Assembly: GCA_951406725.2 (NCBI GenBank)
Contig: OX597821.1
Location: forward strand, 61,628,001-61,692,000
DNA: 64,000 nt
Origin: Octopus vulgaris
Taxonomy: Eukaryota
Direction: 5' to 3'
The position numbers and the translations under genes are program-made. Position 1 is the first letter of the stretch. The number at the start of each line of letters is the position of its first letter. This document shows, one piece after another, positions 40,025 through 52,782 of the stretch. The notes beneath the pieces are model-generated. The model saw nothing but the letters and a program-made list of their open reading frames with translations. It was not told the origin of the DNA and made no database searches.

Positions 40025-40559
40025 CCTACCTATCTATCTATTTATCACTTCATGTTTATACATATGTGCTTATATTTTTGCGTTCTATTGTGTGTAGACA
40101 TGCTTTTACAATGAGTTTGAGTAAACTCAGTCATAGTATGCAGCGAGACTGTGTGTGTGGTTTTCACTTTCACTTTTAGATCATGTGGACATTTCTTGTC
40201 ATTTTGGCCAGTGTGACTATTGCCACACTAGCTATGATATCTAGCAACATTTTTTTCCAATTCACTGTTTCATGTTACATCAATTCTACACCTGTCCGAT
40301 CACTATGAGAGAAGATACAACATACAGCGGCAGACACACATATGTACATATATACACATATACATATACGCATACATGTATACAGTAGCATATAGGCACA
40401 CAGACCCAGAGACATACGCGCACAAACACGCACACATACACACAAACACACTCACATACACACACACACACACATGTATATATTGTTCACTTCCGTTATA
40501 ATGTAATGACACTACCATGTTTGAAATTGTGTATATTCTCAAATTTCTCGTCTTTATTT

Positions 40560-41560
40560 CTCAAAACTTTTGTCTCAGCAATATTTGGTATTGCAATATC
40601 ATTAATTTTCTATTGTTATCCATTCCCCGTAATACTACAATATCCCGTTCGCCTTTCATATAAAGAGATCGTATGTTGGAATTCCAAGAGTTGTCTGGTA
40701 TCTTTAGATTGCATTAGTAGGCTAGTGTTTATGTTATTTTCCGATATTTCTAAATTATACCTTCTATGAAATAACCAGAGACCTTTCTAATGCTATAGTC
40801 TTCTATTTTTCAAAACTTTTATTCCATATAATCATATATACATTTTTCGCTTAAAATGCCGTACACGTTCTTCCATTTATTGATAGAGCATTCTGTAATT
40901 CGTTATAAGAGCTTTCTCCTTGGCTACGGAAACCAGTACTTACGCCAAATTACTGATCTAAGCTAAACACCATAAACGAATAATTATTTTCTTCAAATTT
41001 CGGCCATATATTTCCTGTCGTTTCCACATTCCCTCTGTAATTCGAAGGTATCTCTTTTGAAGTTTTTAAATGCTAACAAACCCATCAGTTTGACCAAATG
41101 CCTGTTTATTGGCATTTCCGACCATAACCATACAATTTCATTCGTATCACAATACATAAACTTCAATGATATCTAAACGTCAAATGCAACAATTTATTGC
41201 TTGTCCTATTTTGAAACCGAGTATACGAGTCATATATATTATATTCTATAAAGGAATTAATATTTTGTCTAAAACGTCATATAGGTTAATCATCACTAAG
41301 TGGGAGGACGGACTAACAATCAAAAATTTTGCCATTCGTATTGGATAAATTTTAATAGAAATTTTTTTAAAGTTAAAATCATGTGCTCTGAGTCATGAAT
41401 AACCCGACGCTTGTTTCACATTTCGTGTGATGGTTATGCCCCAAACACTGTGATGTTCTTTGCAAGAAGTGGTGGTCAACTGGAAATAGTGACTGCAATC
41501 TTCGGAATTTGGAAGTCTCTATTTTCAAAACAGGTAATCGATGATATCTCGGCGTTTACA
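40560..41560 (-). mobile_element. Very decayed LINE (RTE-like) remnant
   Basis: Minus-strand IDYLF..DHHFL (AP endonuclease end-like) near 41.5 kb and TNYR near 40.9 kb; no continuous frame. Confidence 0.35.
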
Positions 41561-43105
41561 ATATCTTAGAATGAACTCAGCACACTAAGTAAGTTGCAGA
41601 TCTTGTTTTGTCAAAGACTGCAATTAAAAGACAGAATTTTCGCAAAAGGTTTTATTGATTATTATTGGAAGTTTATATATTTTCAGATAACATTTCTCAC
41701 GCATGATGTCACAATATTATTTCCTAATCAATCGAATATAATGCGAGCCTTGTGCAAAGTATCTGCGATAAATTTATTAATTAAAGTTACTCTGTCGTAG
41801 CCGTAGTGAATATGGCTTTTTAAAGTCTACCTAAATGTATTTTAAAAAACAAACAAGAGAGAAAAAACAGCAGATTGTTCTGAATATTTTATAATGAAAT
41901 GAGTAAGCAATATTCCAAGACCATTAATCAATTACATCCAGATAAACTGTCACGTTCCATAATCAGAATAGAATCTGGCGTTGATGAGAAATGATGTATT
42001 TGCACAAAGTTTTATATACTTAATGACTGATGTCTTGAAGTAAATTTGGAAGTCGTCAAATGTTCAAACTATACCATAAACGAAATGGAAATAGCCTACT
42101 ATCTGGTTGTGTCATATAGTGATAGTATAAATAATCAGAAATTGAAATAAATGCTAAAAAAACAATGACATATAACGAAAGAGCAAATACCATTTAAAAC
42201 GAACACTATTAGAATAATCCATACAAACATAATGAAAATATAGCAGATACATGCAAAACAAAGCAAATAACAAACCAAAAGAGAGAAACCACATGCAGAC
42301 ATATATACAATGCTAATTAATTAGTTGTTAAATAAAATGTTTAGGGAACTATGTAAATCTTAGTATAGGAATTTAATGTTCATCCTAGAGAGGTACGATT
42401 TTTGCGCTCTTCATCCAATTGCCAATGGAGAGCTATTTAAGAATTAACTAAGCTCATTATCGGTTAAGCTCATTATCATTTTAAAAGTAACGTAGCAGCA
42501 AGGAGATCTCTACGTAGTTGTTACCCTGTTGAAACTAACAATCACATTGTATTCCTCAAAAGGAAAGGCATTTCGAATTATGTAATAGATATTCGCTGTC
42601 AGAAATTGGCAACGGTATCGCCATGGACTGAACAGCTTTAATCCTAGATCTGTTAAGACTCGGTCCAAATAGGCTAATTATCAAGAAAAGGAAAAAAAAA
42701 AGAGTAAAGTGTAATCGAAAATCGTATCACGAAGTAGGAAAATGGAAATGAATCCACCTTTCAGTTGTGCTCTATAATTGGCTAGCAATTGTGGCTATTA
42801 TATAGTTGAGCAAAACCAAAGTATCAAATGGAAATACTACTTTGTAAATATGCGAAGATATTTGTTACTGTAAGAAGAGTTTTACAATTAAAAGATGTGT
42901 TAAAAGATAACGTAAGTAACATCTACTTTTCCTTTGTTGTGTGAGAAATAACTTTTCAAGTGTTGAAGTGTCATTAACAATTCCGAACGTTGATCCCATC
43001 GATATATATTATAATTTCGAAGCTTGGTGTACTTTTTCCGTTCATATTAAATATGTTCATGTAAATATGTGACCGAAACACTTTCAAGATCAAATCAGTA
43101 AATAA

Positions 43106-43267
<162 letters not shown>

Positions 43268-43302
43268 ACATATATATATTTACACATATGTGTATATATG
43301 TG

Positions 43303-43336
<34 letters not shown>

Positions 43337-43877
43337 ACGGATATATACATGTAGATATATACATAAATATATATATATATATATATATGATATATGTATG
43401 TGTGTGTGTGGGGGGTTGTATGTAGGTATGTATTATTAACATATATGTAATTATAAATGTGAAAGGAAGTTTCTTTGAATGAACATTGAAAAGTAAATTC
43501 AAATAGATATTGCTACGTCTGTGTAGATAAAACGCCGAATGTAGAAATACCGATTGTAACACTGATAGTAGAGGCAAAAAAATAGTAGGTTCAGTTTGTA
43601 ATGTTTTCCACCATGTTTTCATTGGAAAGAATCATTCACAGAAAGACACGCATAACATCAACACATGCAAAAGCAATACACACGCCACCACATACACACT
43701 CGCACGTTCAAAACATACACATAGCATCCTTTCTTACCTCTTTCTCTCACTATATGTATTACGCATTTCACAGGTGCCCGAGTTTACGTAAGCATGTGTG
43801 TGTAAGAGTACATGGATTTCTGAGTTTAATTGTGTGAGTATAGTAATATGCTTACATGTATGAATGCATATATCCAC

Positions 43878-43994
<117 letters not shown>

Positions 43995-44015
43995 CATAAA
44001 TATAAGAGTGTGACC

Positions 44016-44540
44016 ACTATATGGTCGACTCTAGCGCTAAAAATAGATCCGCTATGGTATTAGCCACTAAAAATTCTTTCCAGAGAGAATTAACACAACA
44101 TTTAACGTAAACGAGGCAAGTGAAAAGCAACGAAAATATAGTTCATCAGCAGAATTTGTCTAAAATACAATTTACTGCAGTAAATCTTTTATGCAGTATT
44201 CGTTTCCGGAAGTCTTATCGCAGTTCTGGTGGAGGAATTTGAATTATAACTGCTAGTACAATCGATTAAACCGCACGTGTGTTTGACGTTGTCTTGAAAT
44301 TTAGCGTGCGATTTAATAAATTGTATTTTAGACAAATTCTGCTGATGAACTATAGATGTTGTGTAAGTAAAATTGCATATTACATTAATAGCGAAACAAT
44401 TGTCCAGAGTTAATCTATATTTTCGTTGCTTTTCACTTGCCTTGTTTACGTTAAATGTTGTGTTAATTCTCATTGGAAACAATTCTTAGTGGCTAATACC
44501 ATAGCGGATCTATTTTTAGCGCTAGAGTCGACCATATAGT
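44016..44540. repeat. Fold-back of PLE-type termini (arms 44016-44174 and 44317-44540)
   Basis: Arms are near-identical reverse complements except for ~60 bp present only in the right arm. Confidence 0.93.
44338..44408 (+). ncRNA. Type I hammerhead ribozyme motif
   Basis: tctg-CTGATGA-a-ctat..atag-c-GAAAC-aatt-GTC-caga: intact core, long stem II, palindromic stem III ACAATTGT, GUC triplet, 4-bp stem I. Confidence 0.8.
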
Positions 44541-44638
44541 ATAAATTTTTATTGTATCCCTGGTTTTTATGCGCTAAGCCACTTGGTGTTAAATTGATTG
44601 TATTATTAAATTAATATCCAATTTTTCACCCTTATTTG

Positions 44639-44679
<41 letters not shown>

Positions 44680-44845
44680 CCAATTATATGAGTTTTTATT
44701 ATTTTTTTGCAATTTACTGAATCATTGACATTTTATTGTTATTTTAATTTTAATATTTCAATTATATCTAATTTTCTAGATGGTGTAATTTAATTGTTCA
44801 TTTTGAATTGATAATAGGTGGTGTTTTTCTAATTTTATATATATA

Positions 44846-45358
44846 TCTATATATATAAAACTGTAGTTGTGTGAGTGTCTGTCCCATTCGAATTAGATTC
44901 CTAACTACTCCCACATTTTGCGGTGCAGTTTAACCAAATTCGGGTATCTTATAGCCGTGATTCATATCGAGCCCGTCTGAGTATTAGCGCGCGTCTACGA
45001 TGAGTTTACGATTTAAAAAATAATTTAACATCATTTTTTATTCCATTTTAATGCATAATTTTTCGTGTGTCGATGGCGGCGGAGTTGGCGTCCATGGTCA
45101 CACCTACACCTGTTTGCTTCTCCCCCTTCTTCCCTCCCTCGTGAAGCTGTGGGGAAGGGAGTGTAAGGAAATCAACGTCGTAAAGCGTTGTCAAGGAGAC
45201 AAGCGTTCTTTTAGAACAACGGCTTCATGGCTTGAAGACACCAAAACAGAAATGGCTAAGAAAGCCCGAATTGGCATCTATAAGGGAAGTAACTCTCTAA
45301 AAATGCTTATATAGTTATTTCCCTTACAAATCCGAGCAACGCCGGGCGATACTGCTAG
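44846..45358 (+). mobile_element. Non-autonomous Helitron
   Basis: 5' TCTATATATATAAAA; 3' GC-rich hairpin CCGAGCAACGCCGGG shortly before the terminal CTAG; no TIR or TSD. Confidence 0.7.
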
Positions 45359-45826
45359 CATATATATATATACATATATATATTTGCTTCAAATGTTGCA
45401 CTGTGTGCTAAAAACTTTGCCTGAGAGTTTTTGACGAGTGGACAATTCTCACGAATTGAACAGTTGCATGGTCTTTGTCAAGGAGAAGTTGGCACCTCTC
45501 TTCCATTCAGCTGCGTGCTATTAAACCTCTGATATAGCACCAGACATTTTTGCAAGCTGTATCAGTAGCCTTAACACACATCTTATTCAGTATTTTCTGT
45601 ACAATATTTTCTATGCCCTACGGGGATCTATTAAATTACAATATTCCCTAGCTATATCAATTTGTACTGCTAGATTAAATACTGGGTTTGACCATAAAAT
45701 ATTCCTTTTCCTTTTCTTACTATCTGTAAGCACGATGCTTTTATGTAAGACACTTTATTTCACGTTTGTCCAGTCCACTCAGCTGGCAAAAATGCGTAGT
45801 ACCTGTATTCCAAAGGGCCAGCCTTG

Positions 45827-47681
45827 TCAATCTCTGTGTTGGCTAATGTAAGAGGCGAAATTTCTGCAACAAGAATAGCTAACCTTCAGGGTTCTTCTAT
45901 TAAATATCCTATAGAATTTATGACCCTGCTTAAAATACTTGGAGACTAATCTCAAAAATTCCTTACCTATATTAGTCTTTACGGCCAAATTGAAAGCCGG
46001 GTTGAACCACAAAACTTTCCTGGTCCTAGTTCTTCGTGCAGTATTATTATCAGCATTAAGCTGGTTGTACTGGATCTTCTCAGAGAATCCAAGTGGAAGG
46101 CTCATCGGGATACAAGACATACACAGGGGCTTCAGAAAATTCATTTAAAACAAGATTTTATTCTCATAAAAATTCATTTAAATACCCAGAGAATAGGAAG
46201 AGGACCAGCCTAGCAAAATATGTCTGGGAACTAAAAGAAAAGGAAACCCCACCTTTCAACGTGACATGGAGCATTCTGGACAGGGCGGCACCATACAGGC
46301 ATGGAGCATACAAAAATAATTTCAAGTGCAAACTTTGCCTATTAGAGAAGATGTACATCTTATTCAAAGACAATAATTCTTTGAATCAAAGAAGTGAGCT
46401 AATGAACTTATGTAGGCACGCGGCTAAATTTAAAATGTCAAATATAAATATACCATATGGATAGAGTATATATTTTGTATTTTTGATTTTTGAACTTTTG
46501 ATTTTGACTCTTGAACTGTGAGCGCTACGATGGATTTTGTTTTTGTTTCAAACTATACGGATTTTAATCCGTATAGCAAAGTCTTATGTTTCTACATATG
46601 CATTAGGAAAAACCTTCGGCTTTGTTTATTTCATGTTATTGTATTGTATAGGATTACCTTGATTATTTATAAATGATCAAAATAGGGTGTTATATTTTAT
46701 TTTATATGTCTTTCGTATATATTTTTATTAGTGCACCCATTTTTTTTTTTAAAGCAATGTTTTTTTAAAAAAAGCAATGTTGTCAAAAATTAGAATTTTT
46801 TTATATAAGTATGTGTATAGCCATGGATATATATTTGTAAGCATGCGTATCTGTGTATGTGTAAGTGAACGTATGTTTGTGCTTAAGCACACATATACAC
46901 GACTGTATATATATGTATCCATTCGAACTTGTGTATCTGTATACTTGTCTCCATATATGTCAATAATGCCATTACACAGCTTGTATACATAATTTTTTCT
47001 TATTTCGTTTTTTCCCCACCCCTCCTTCGTTCCTTTTTCTCTCCCTTCCTTTCTTTCGTCCCCCCTTACTCAGTATGTGAGAATCGCTACATAGATGTTT
47101 TTAACTTGCGTGCGAGATGGTTTGCGTGAATATATGTACGCATGCATTTATGTATATATTTAGATTTATATTTATACGTCTGTATATGTATGGCGTTTGC
47201 ACGCATCCTTCTGTGTATGTTGATATATATATGTACATTTTAATATAAATATGTATTGCAGTGTAATATTTATAACAGGTTTAATTTCTATGCATTAATT
47301 TATACTTTCTTCACTAACGTCAATATGTATTTTATTCAATGTAAGGTTTTTTCCTCGGATTTTATAATTTTTATAAGTTTTTATATATATATATACATAT
47401 ATTTTTGACCTTTTTGTTTATCGCTCGAAGATTGACCGTTTTTTTCTAAAGGGCCAATCAAACAAGTCCATTTCTTTTTAAAGGTGTAGCGTTTGTAAGA
47501 GTCTAGATTGAATTGATATATCGGTTCCATTCTAGCAAAAACTGTCTGATGAACGGCAACGAGAAACTCAGAGTAACAGATTTTGTTGAATTTTCTGCTG
47601 CTTAAAATAAAGCATATTACTCTACCACTGGTATTTGAGTACTCTTTTTTCCACCTTGTTTCACATTTATGTGTTTACTCC

Positions 47682-47683
<2 letters not shown>
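45827..47683 (+). mobile_element. Penelope-like element (Neptune-type) 3' part with an inverted 5' segment
   Basis: Minus 45827-46100: RKVLWFNPAFNLAVKTNIGKEFL..IFNRRTLKVSYSC. Plus 46105-46464: GIY-YIG KTYTGASENSFKTRFYSHKNSF..CKLCLLEK..LNQRSEL..CRH. Long AT-rich 3' region ends in a hammerhead-containing terminus; linkage of that terminus to this ORF is inferred. Confidence 0.85.
47542..47579 (+). ncRNA. Minimal type I hammerhead ribozyme motif
   Basis: ctgt-CTGATGA-a-cg-gcaa-cg-a-GAAAC-tcaga-GTA-acag; stem III ACTC-A-GAGT is quasi-palindromic. Confidence 0.8.
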
Positions 47684-47755
<72 letters not shown>

Positions 47756-47759
47756 CATG

Positions 47760-48070
47760 TAGTGGTAGTCACCCCCTTCGGTCAGACACTGACCATGGGT
47801 TTGCACCTAGAGAGTTACTCTCTGAGGCACAAGTCTGGGCAAGGTTGTTTCATGGAAGACCAGCAGTCGCCCTCGCATACCGGCCTCCCCTCTCCACGTC
47901 ACCGATGTTGTCCAAGGGAAAGGCAAGGGCCGATACAGCTTGGCACCTGTGACGTCGCAACTCATTTCTACAGCTGAGTGAACTGGAGCAACGTGAAATA
48001 AAGTGTCTTGCTCAAGACCACAACACGCAGCCCGGTCCGGGATTCGAGCTCACAACCTCACGATCGTAGC
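47760..48070 (-). mobile_element. tRNA-derived SINE family C with RTE-like tail
   Basis: Minus strand: B-box-like GCTCGAATCCC, CTTGAGCAAGACACTT body, tail CCATGGTCAG..CTGACCGAAGG; a related fragment lies at ~45730-45830. Confidence 0.8.
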
Positions 48071-48809
48071 CTATCTCCATCTATGTATACATATATATAT
48101 GCATACATACATGCTTACAGAAATATACGTATGTGATTGTGTGCGTGCCTGTGTGTCTATATGTACAACCTTTTCCTTATTGACACTTTTTTCATATTGT
48201 CTACTTCAACGAAAAATAGTGTCACGTAAGCAAGTTTGTCGCTGATACGGCAGAATATTACCTACTAATACATTGTGTGACGCCTCGTCAAAACACACAG
48301 TAATCAGTTAGGAATTAATTTTTCTAATAATATTTTAATAAAGAAAACTTAACTAGTTTGTAATTGAAAAGCAAATAAGTAGAATCTCAGACTCGGTGTC
48401 TCAGCAGTTCAGGCAGAGAGACTTGCAAACTAATTGCGTTCATGAAATTTTAATAATATAGAAAAGTTAGAGGGCCTCTTATATAATTTGTATATATTTA
48501 TATTTAAAAAAGAGAAAAGCCTCTACGAAATTGTGAAATGTGAGGCGAGGATAATTACTAAGGAAGACTATCAAATAAATGACATATTATTTATTTGGCT
48601 TGAAAACTTCTTGTTGGGAAATCTTGCGTCGACAGAAATACTGTATCTTCGGATTGTCATTATGCTGATAATAAGAGGCACATTCACTGGTTCAAATTCA
48701 CTTTTTTTCGCTAGTTTAAACAATTAAACTAATTGATTGCTTGGTTAGCTGTTTGATCAATGAATCTTTCTCTCTCCCTCCTCCCTGACTCCCTCTGTAA
48801 ATATATATA

Positions 48810-49030
48810 TATGTGACCACGTGTGTACCGTTGGCGACTTTTTTCCTCTGTTTTCCCTTCTCTGGATTTTTCCTTCTCCTATGTTTCCGCCGAAGAGCTC
48901 CGCTCGAAAGTTAAACCTTCCTTCTTTCCTTCTTTCCTGAGCGTCCAATAATACTATATTTGTTCCATTTAAGAAAAGAAGCGAAAGCAGGGAGGAAAAG
49001 AAACAGAAAGAGATAGGACGCGTCGCAACG
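48810..49030 (+). mobile_element. PLE-type terminal repeat with degenerate hammerhead (48883-48916)
   Basis: gttt-CCGCCGA-a-GAGC-tcc-GCTC-GAAA-GTT-aaac; homologous to 62040-62282. Confidence 0.55.
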
Positions 49031-49472
49031 GAACTATTAAGATAGAACTTACTTGGAAATGGATGCGTGACGTTCAATCATACAATAATATAAATAATAT
49101 ATAAATTTATATGCATACATCCACATATATATGTACATACACTTATTTTTATATACATCCATATATGGGTACAGGACACCCAGGAACGTATACACACTTG
49201 TACATACACACACGCACACACACACGCGCATATATATATGTGTGTGTGTGTGTATGTGTGTATGTGTGCGTGTGTGTGTGTTGTGTGTGTGTATTCTATG
49301 TATTGTTTTTACGTGACGTGATATTTAGTTATTGTATTTTTTATCAAGCTTACTTTGCCGGTCTGTTCATGCGTTCCTCTCTCTACTTGATTTATATCGA
49401 GACATTTATAGCCACAATGGGGAACTACTTCTTGTAGCCTTAGTCTTACAATTTAATTATATATATATATAT

Positions 49473-49520
<48 letters not shown>

Positions 49521-49544
49521 GTACATATGTGTGTGTATGTGTGT

Positions 49545-49576
<32 letters not shown>

Positions 49577-51020
49577 TTACTGAATCTTTAGTGTCACAGT
49601 CGTCCTTATACTGGACTATTACATACGTTTTTGTTCGTGACTGCTGCTTTGTTCGTCGTGGTTTAAACGTATCGAAGTATCATTTTCAGTGTTATCCAGT
49701 CCTATTTAGTTTATTACACCACTGCTTAGTTTGGGCTCTAATTTTCGTTATAAACTGTTATGTTTAGCATCGGTAATTTGTGAATCGATTCTTTTTCCTC
49801 TTGTGTCGTACAGAATATTCCATAACGAAAGAAACAATGTTTGTGAGCGTGATGCATATTCTTCACTAAACATGTGATAGAATATGTAATAACGATAGCA
49901 TTTATAGCAGTACGTTTTTGAGCAATTTTTCGCAATGTACATTGGTATTTCGTAAAATTAATAATTGATGTAGATGTCGGTATGTTATTTGCAAGAAAAT
50001 ATGTAATTTATGTACGTATTTATTCATTCTAAAGAGAATATGGTTTATAATTGGTTGGAATGTGTGTTATTGCTATTTCGAACTAAGGTGCATTCATACA
50101 GCGTATAATAATAGTATTAATAATAATTGTTAGGTGCCTTCCTTTTTGAAAGTGTTTATCTTTTGATGTTTATATTATTTCGCCAGTTACAGCCGCTATA
50201 TGCATAAGGCAGTTTTTCCCTAATACACTACACATTTATCAATGAATACTATTAAACAATAAAGTTTAATTATTCACGTTCCTGTCGCTGTAATGGTGGT
50301 TAGAATTGTGTTGTTGTGAATCGATATCATTTGATTAGAAGGTAGATTTTGGCTTTGTGTTGCAGTTTGTACGTGAAATTATGCATTCTGAGCAATTATT
50401 TTGCTTTAATGTACGTTTTGGAATGTTGGTGAAATCATGGACATTTTTGGGAAGATGCATTTCGTGTATGTTTGTGAGTGTTAAACCTGTATGTGATACG
50501 TTGGGTTAACATTACAATGTTAGCATGGTCACTTCCCATCGGCACTCAGTCTGAAAATTATATAATCACAAGTCTATTTGTGCGACCATGAGCTATTTCA
50601 CAAGCTATTTCATGAGCTATTTCTGTAGTCTTTTGAGCAGATTAAGTATCTCAATTCATTTTTTAAAAAAAAGCTCTTTCATGTTTGCAATGTCCTCCCC
50701 TAACGAAGATGCTGAAGCTTGTGAAAATGGTGACATATCCTTTCCAAAGATGGAATATTGTCTATTTTCTTTTACGACATGTCTACTCGATTTATTATAT
50801 ATGCATTAGTAATATTCGTGGCTGTCCGTTCGAACGGACTCTACTGCGATTTTTTAACCCGAAGAGGACATCACTAGCTGGTTAGCGATGCACAGCTACA
50901 TCCCATAAATTATGAGCAGGAGAGGGAACCCTTACCACCTTCGAGCAACGGGACCAGTAGACTAGTTTTGGTTTCGCGTTGGTTGTTACAGAAACATTTG
51001 TTTTATTAATATATATATAT

Positions 51021-51444
51021 CTTTTACTCTTTTTTCTATTTTACTTGTTTCAGTCATTTGACTGCGGCCATGCTGGAGCACCGCCTTTAGTCGAGCAAAT
51101 CGACCCCGGGACTTATTCTTTGTAAGCCCAGTACTTATTCTATCGATCTCTTTTGCCGAACCGCTAAGTGACGGGGACGTAAACACACCAGCATCGGTTG
51201 TCAAGCAATGCTAGGGAGACAAACACAGACACACAAACACATACACACAAACACATACACACACATACATGTATATATGTATACATATATACGACAGGCT
51301 TCTTTCAGTTTGCGTCTACCAAATCCACTCACAAGGCATTGGTCGGCCCGGGGCTATAGCAGAAGACACTTGCCCAAGATGCCACGCAGTGGGACTGAAC
51401 CCGGAACCATGAGGTTGGTTAGCAAGCTACTTACCACACAGCCA
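51021..51444 (-). mobile_element. SINE family B (tRNA head, CORE-like body, internal microsatellite)
   Basis: Minus strand TGGCTGTGTGGTAAG (A-box) and GGGTTCAGTCCC (B-box), CTTGGGCAAGTG; (TAAAAGAG)-type tail. Confidence 0.9.
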
Positions 51445-51549
51445 AGATCTTATTTGTATATATATATATTATTAATTTGCCTGTACGGATGATAAACTCG
51501 TTTGCCACACGTGATGGCATTTTAATAATACCATCCCTTTATATATTTT

Positions 51550-51597
<48 letters not shown>

Positions 51598-51598
<1 letters not shown>

Positions 51599-51942
51599 GG
51601 TGCAGGAGTGGGTTTGTGATAAGTAGCTTGCTAACAAAGCACATGGTCCTGTGTTCAGTCCTAATGCGTGACACCTTGGGCAAGTGTCTTCTACTATAGC
51701 CCCGGGCCGACCAAAGCCTTGTGAGTGGATTTGGTTGACGGAATCTGAAAGAAGCCCGTCGTATATATATATGTACATGTTTGTGTGTCTGTGTTTGTCC
51801 CACCATCATCTCTTGACAACCGATGTTGGTGTGTTTACGTCCCCGCAACTCGGCAAAATAAACCGATAGAATAAGTCCTGCGGTCGATTTGTTCGATTAA
51901 AGGCGGTGCTCCAGTATGGCCGCAATCAAATGATTGAAACAA
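51598..51942 (+). mobile_element. SINE family B
   Basis: Same head, body and 3' half as 51021-51444 in the opposite orientation. Confidence 0.9.
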
Positions 51943-52427
51943 TTTAATGAATATATATAGCCGTGCATCGTCGTGACAAGGCATACCTTTCACAATCATA
52001 CCGCAAATCAGAGATATCTAACGTACAGTGTATAGCATTGTTCAATCCACTGAATATGGCTAATAATATTCTAAAACGCCACCGGGTAGAAAACGAAATT
52101 AGTGCACTGATAAAGACTTGGTACGCTCATCATAACGATAGTTTAAAAACTAATGCGTTCGTTAAATCGCCATAAAATCGTTCGGTAAATTTAGCATCAT
52201 AGTCCTTTTACAGATCGGTAAAACAAATCGAGAACAAAATAAAAGGAATTACAAGACTATTTCATGTCGTACACACGCACATGGTAATAGAGGCTATACT
52301 GTCAATGGATGTTGTGCACCAACTGACCCAATGCAAACAGGTCAGGGGTCACCTCGCCGACCCGTTAGGTAGCAGCAAACAACATTCCTTGTGGTATCGC
52401 CATCTGACCTAATTCCACCTAATACTA

Positions 52428-52741
52428 CTCTGGCCTGCCAGGATTCACTAACGCAGCAGCAACAGACGGCTACTGCTACTGAATTGGAATCATCATCTTT
52501 GGTATCACCATCTGAAATAATTCTACCCAGCTCTGCCGTTGCAAGCAAGGATTCACTACCGCTTTAACAATAACAATAGTCTTCTCTGGCCCGCCAGGAT
52601 TCACTAACGCAGCAGCAACAGACGGCTACTGCTACTGAATTGGAATCATTATCTTTGGTATCACCATCTGAAATAATTCTACCCAGCTCTGCTGTTGCAA
52701 GCAAGGATTCACTACCGCTTTAACAATAACAATAGTCTTCT
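52428..52741 (+). repeat. 156-bp direct tandem duplication
   Basis: Units start at 52428 and 52584; three mismatches seen. Confidence 0.95.
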
Positions 52742-52782
52742 ACTGCTACTACAATATGAGCTTGCCAATATAGAAAAACTTT

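Noticed and set aside
50807-50966. Possible mini-Helitron ending GAGCAACGGG..CTAGT
   Set aside because: Hairpin is weak and the 5' end is not identifiable.
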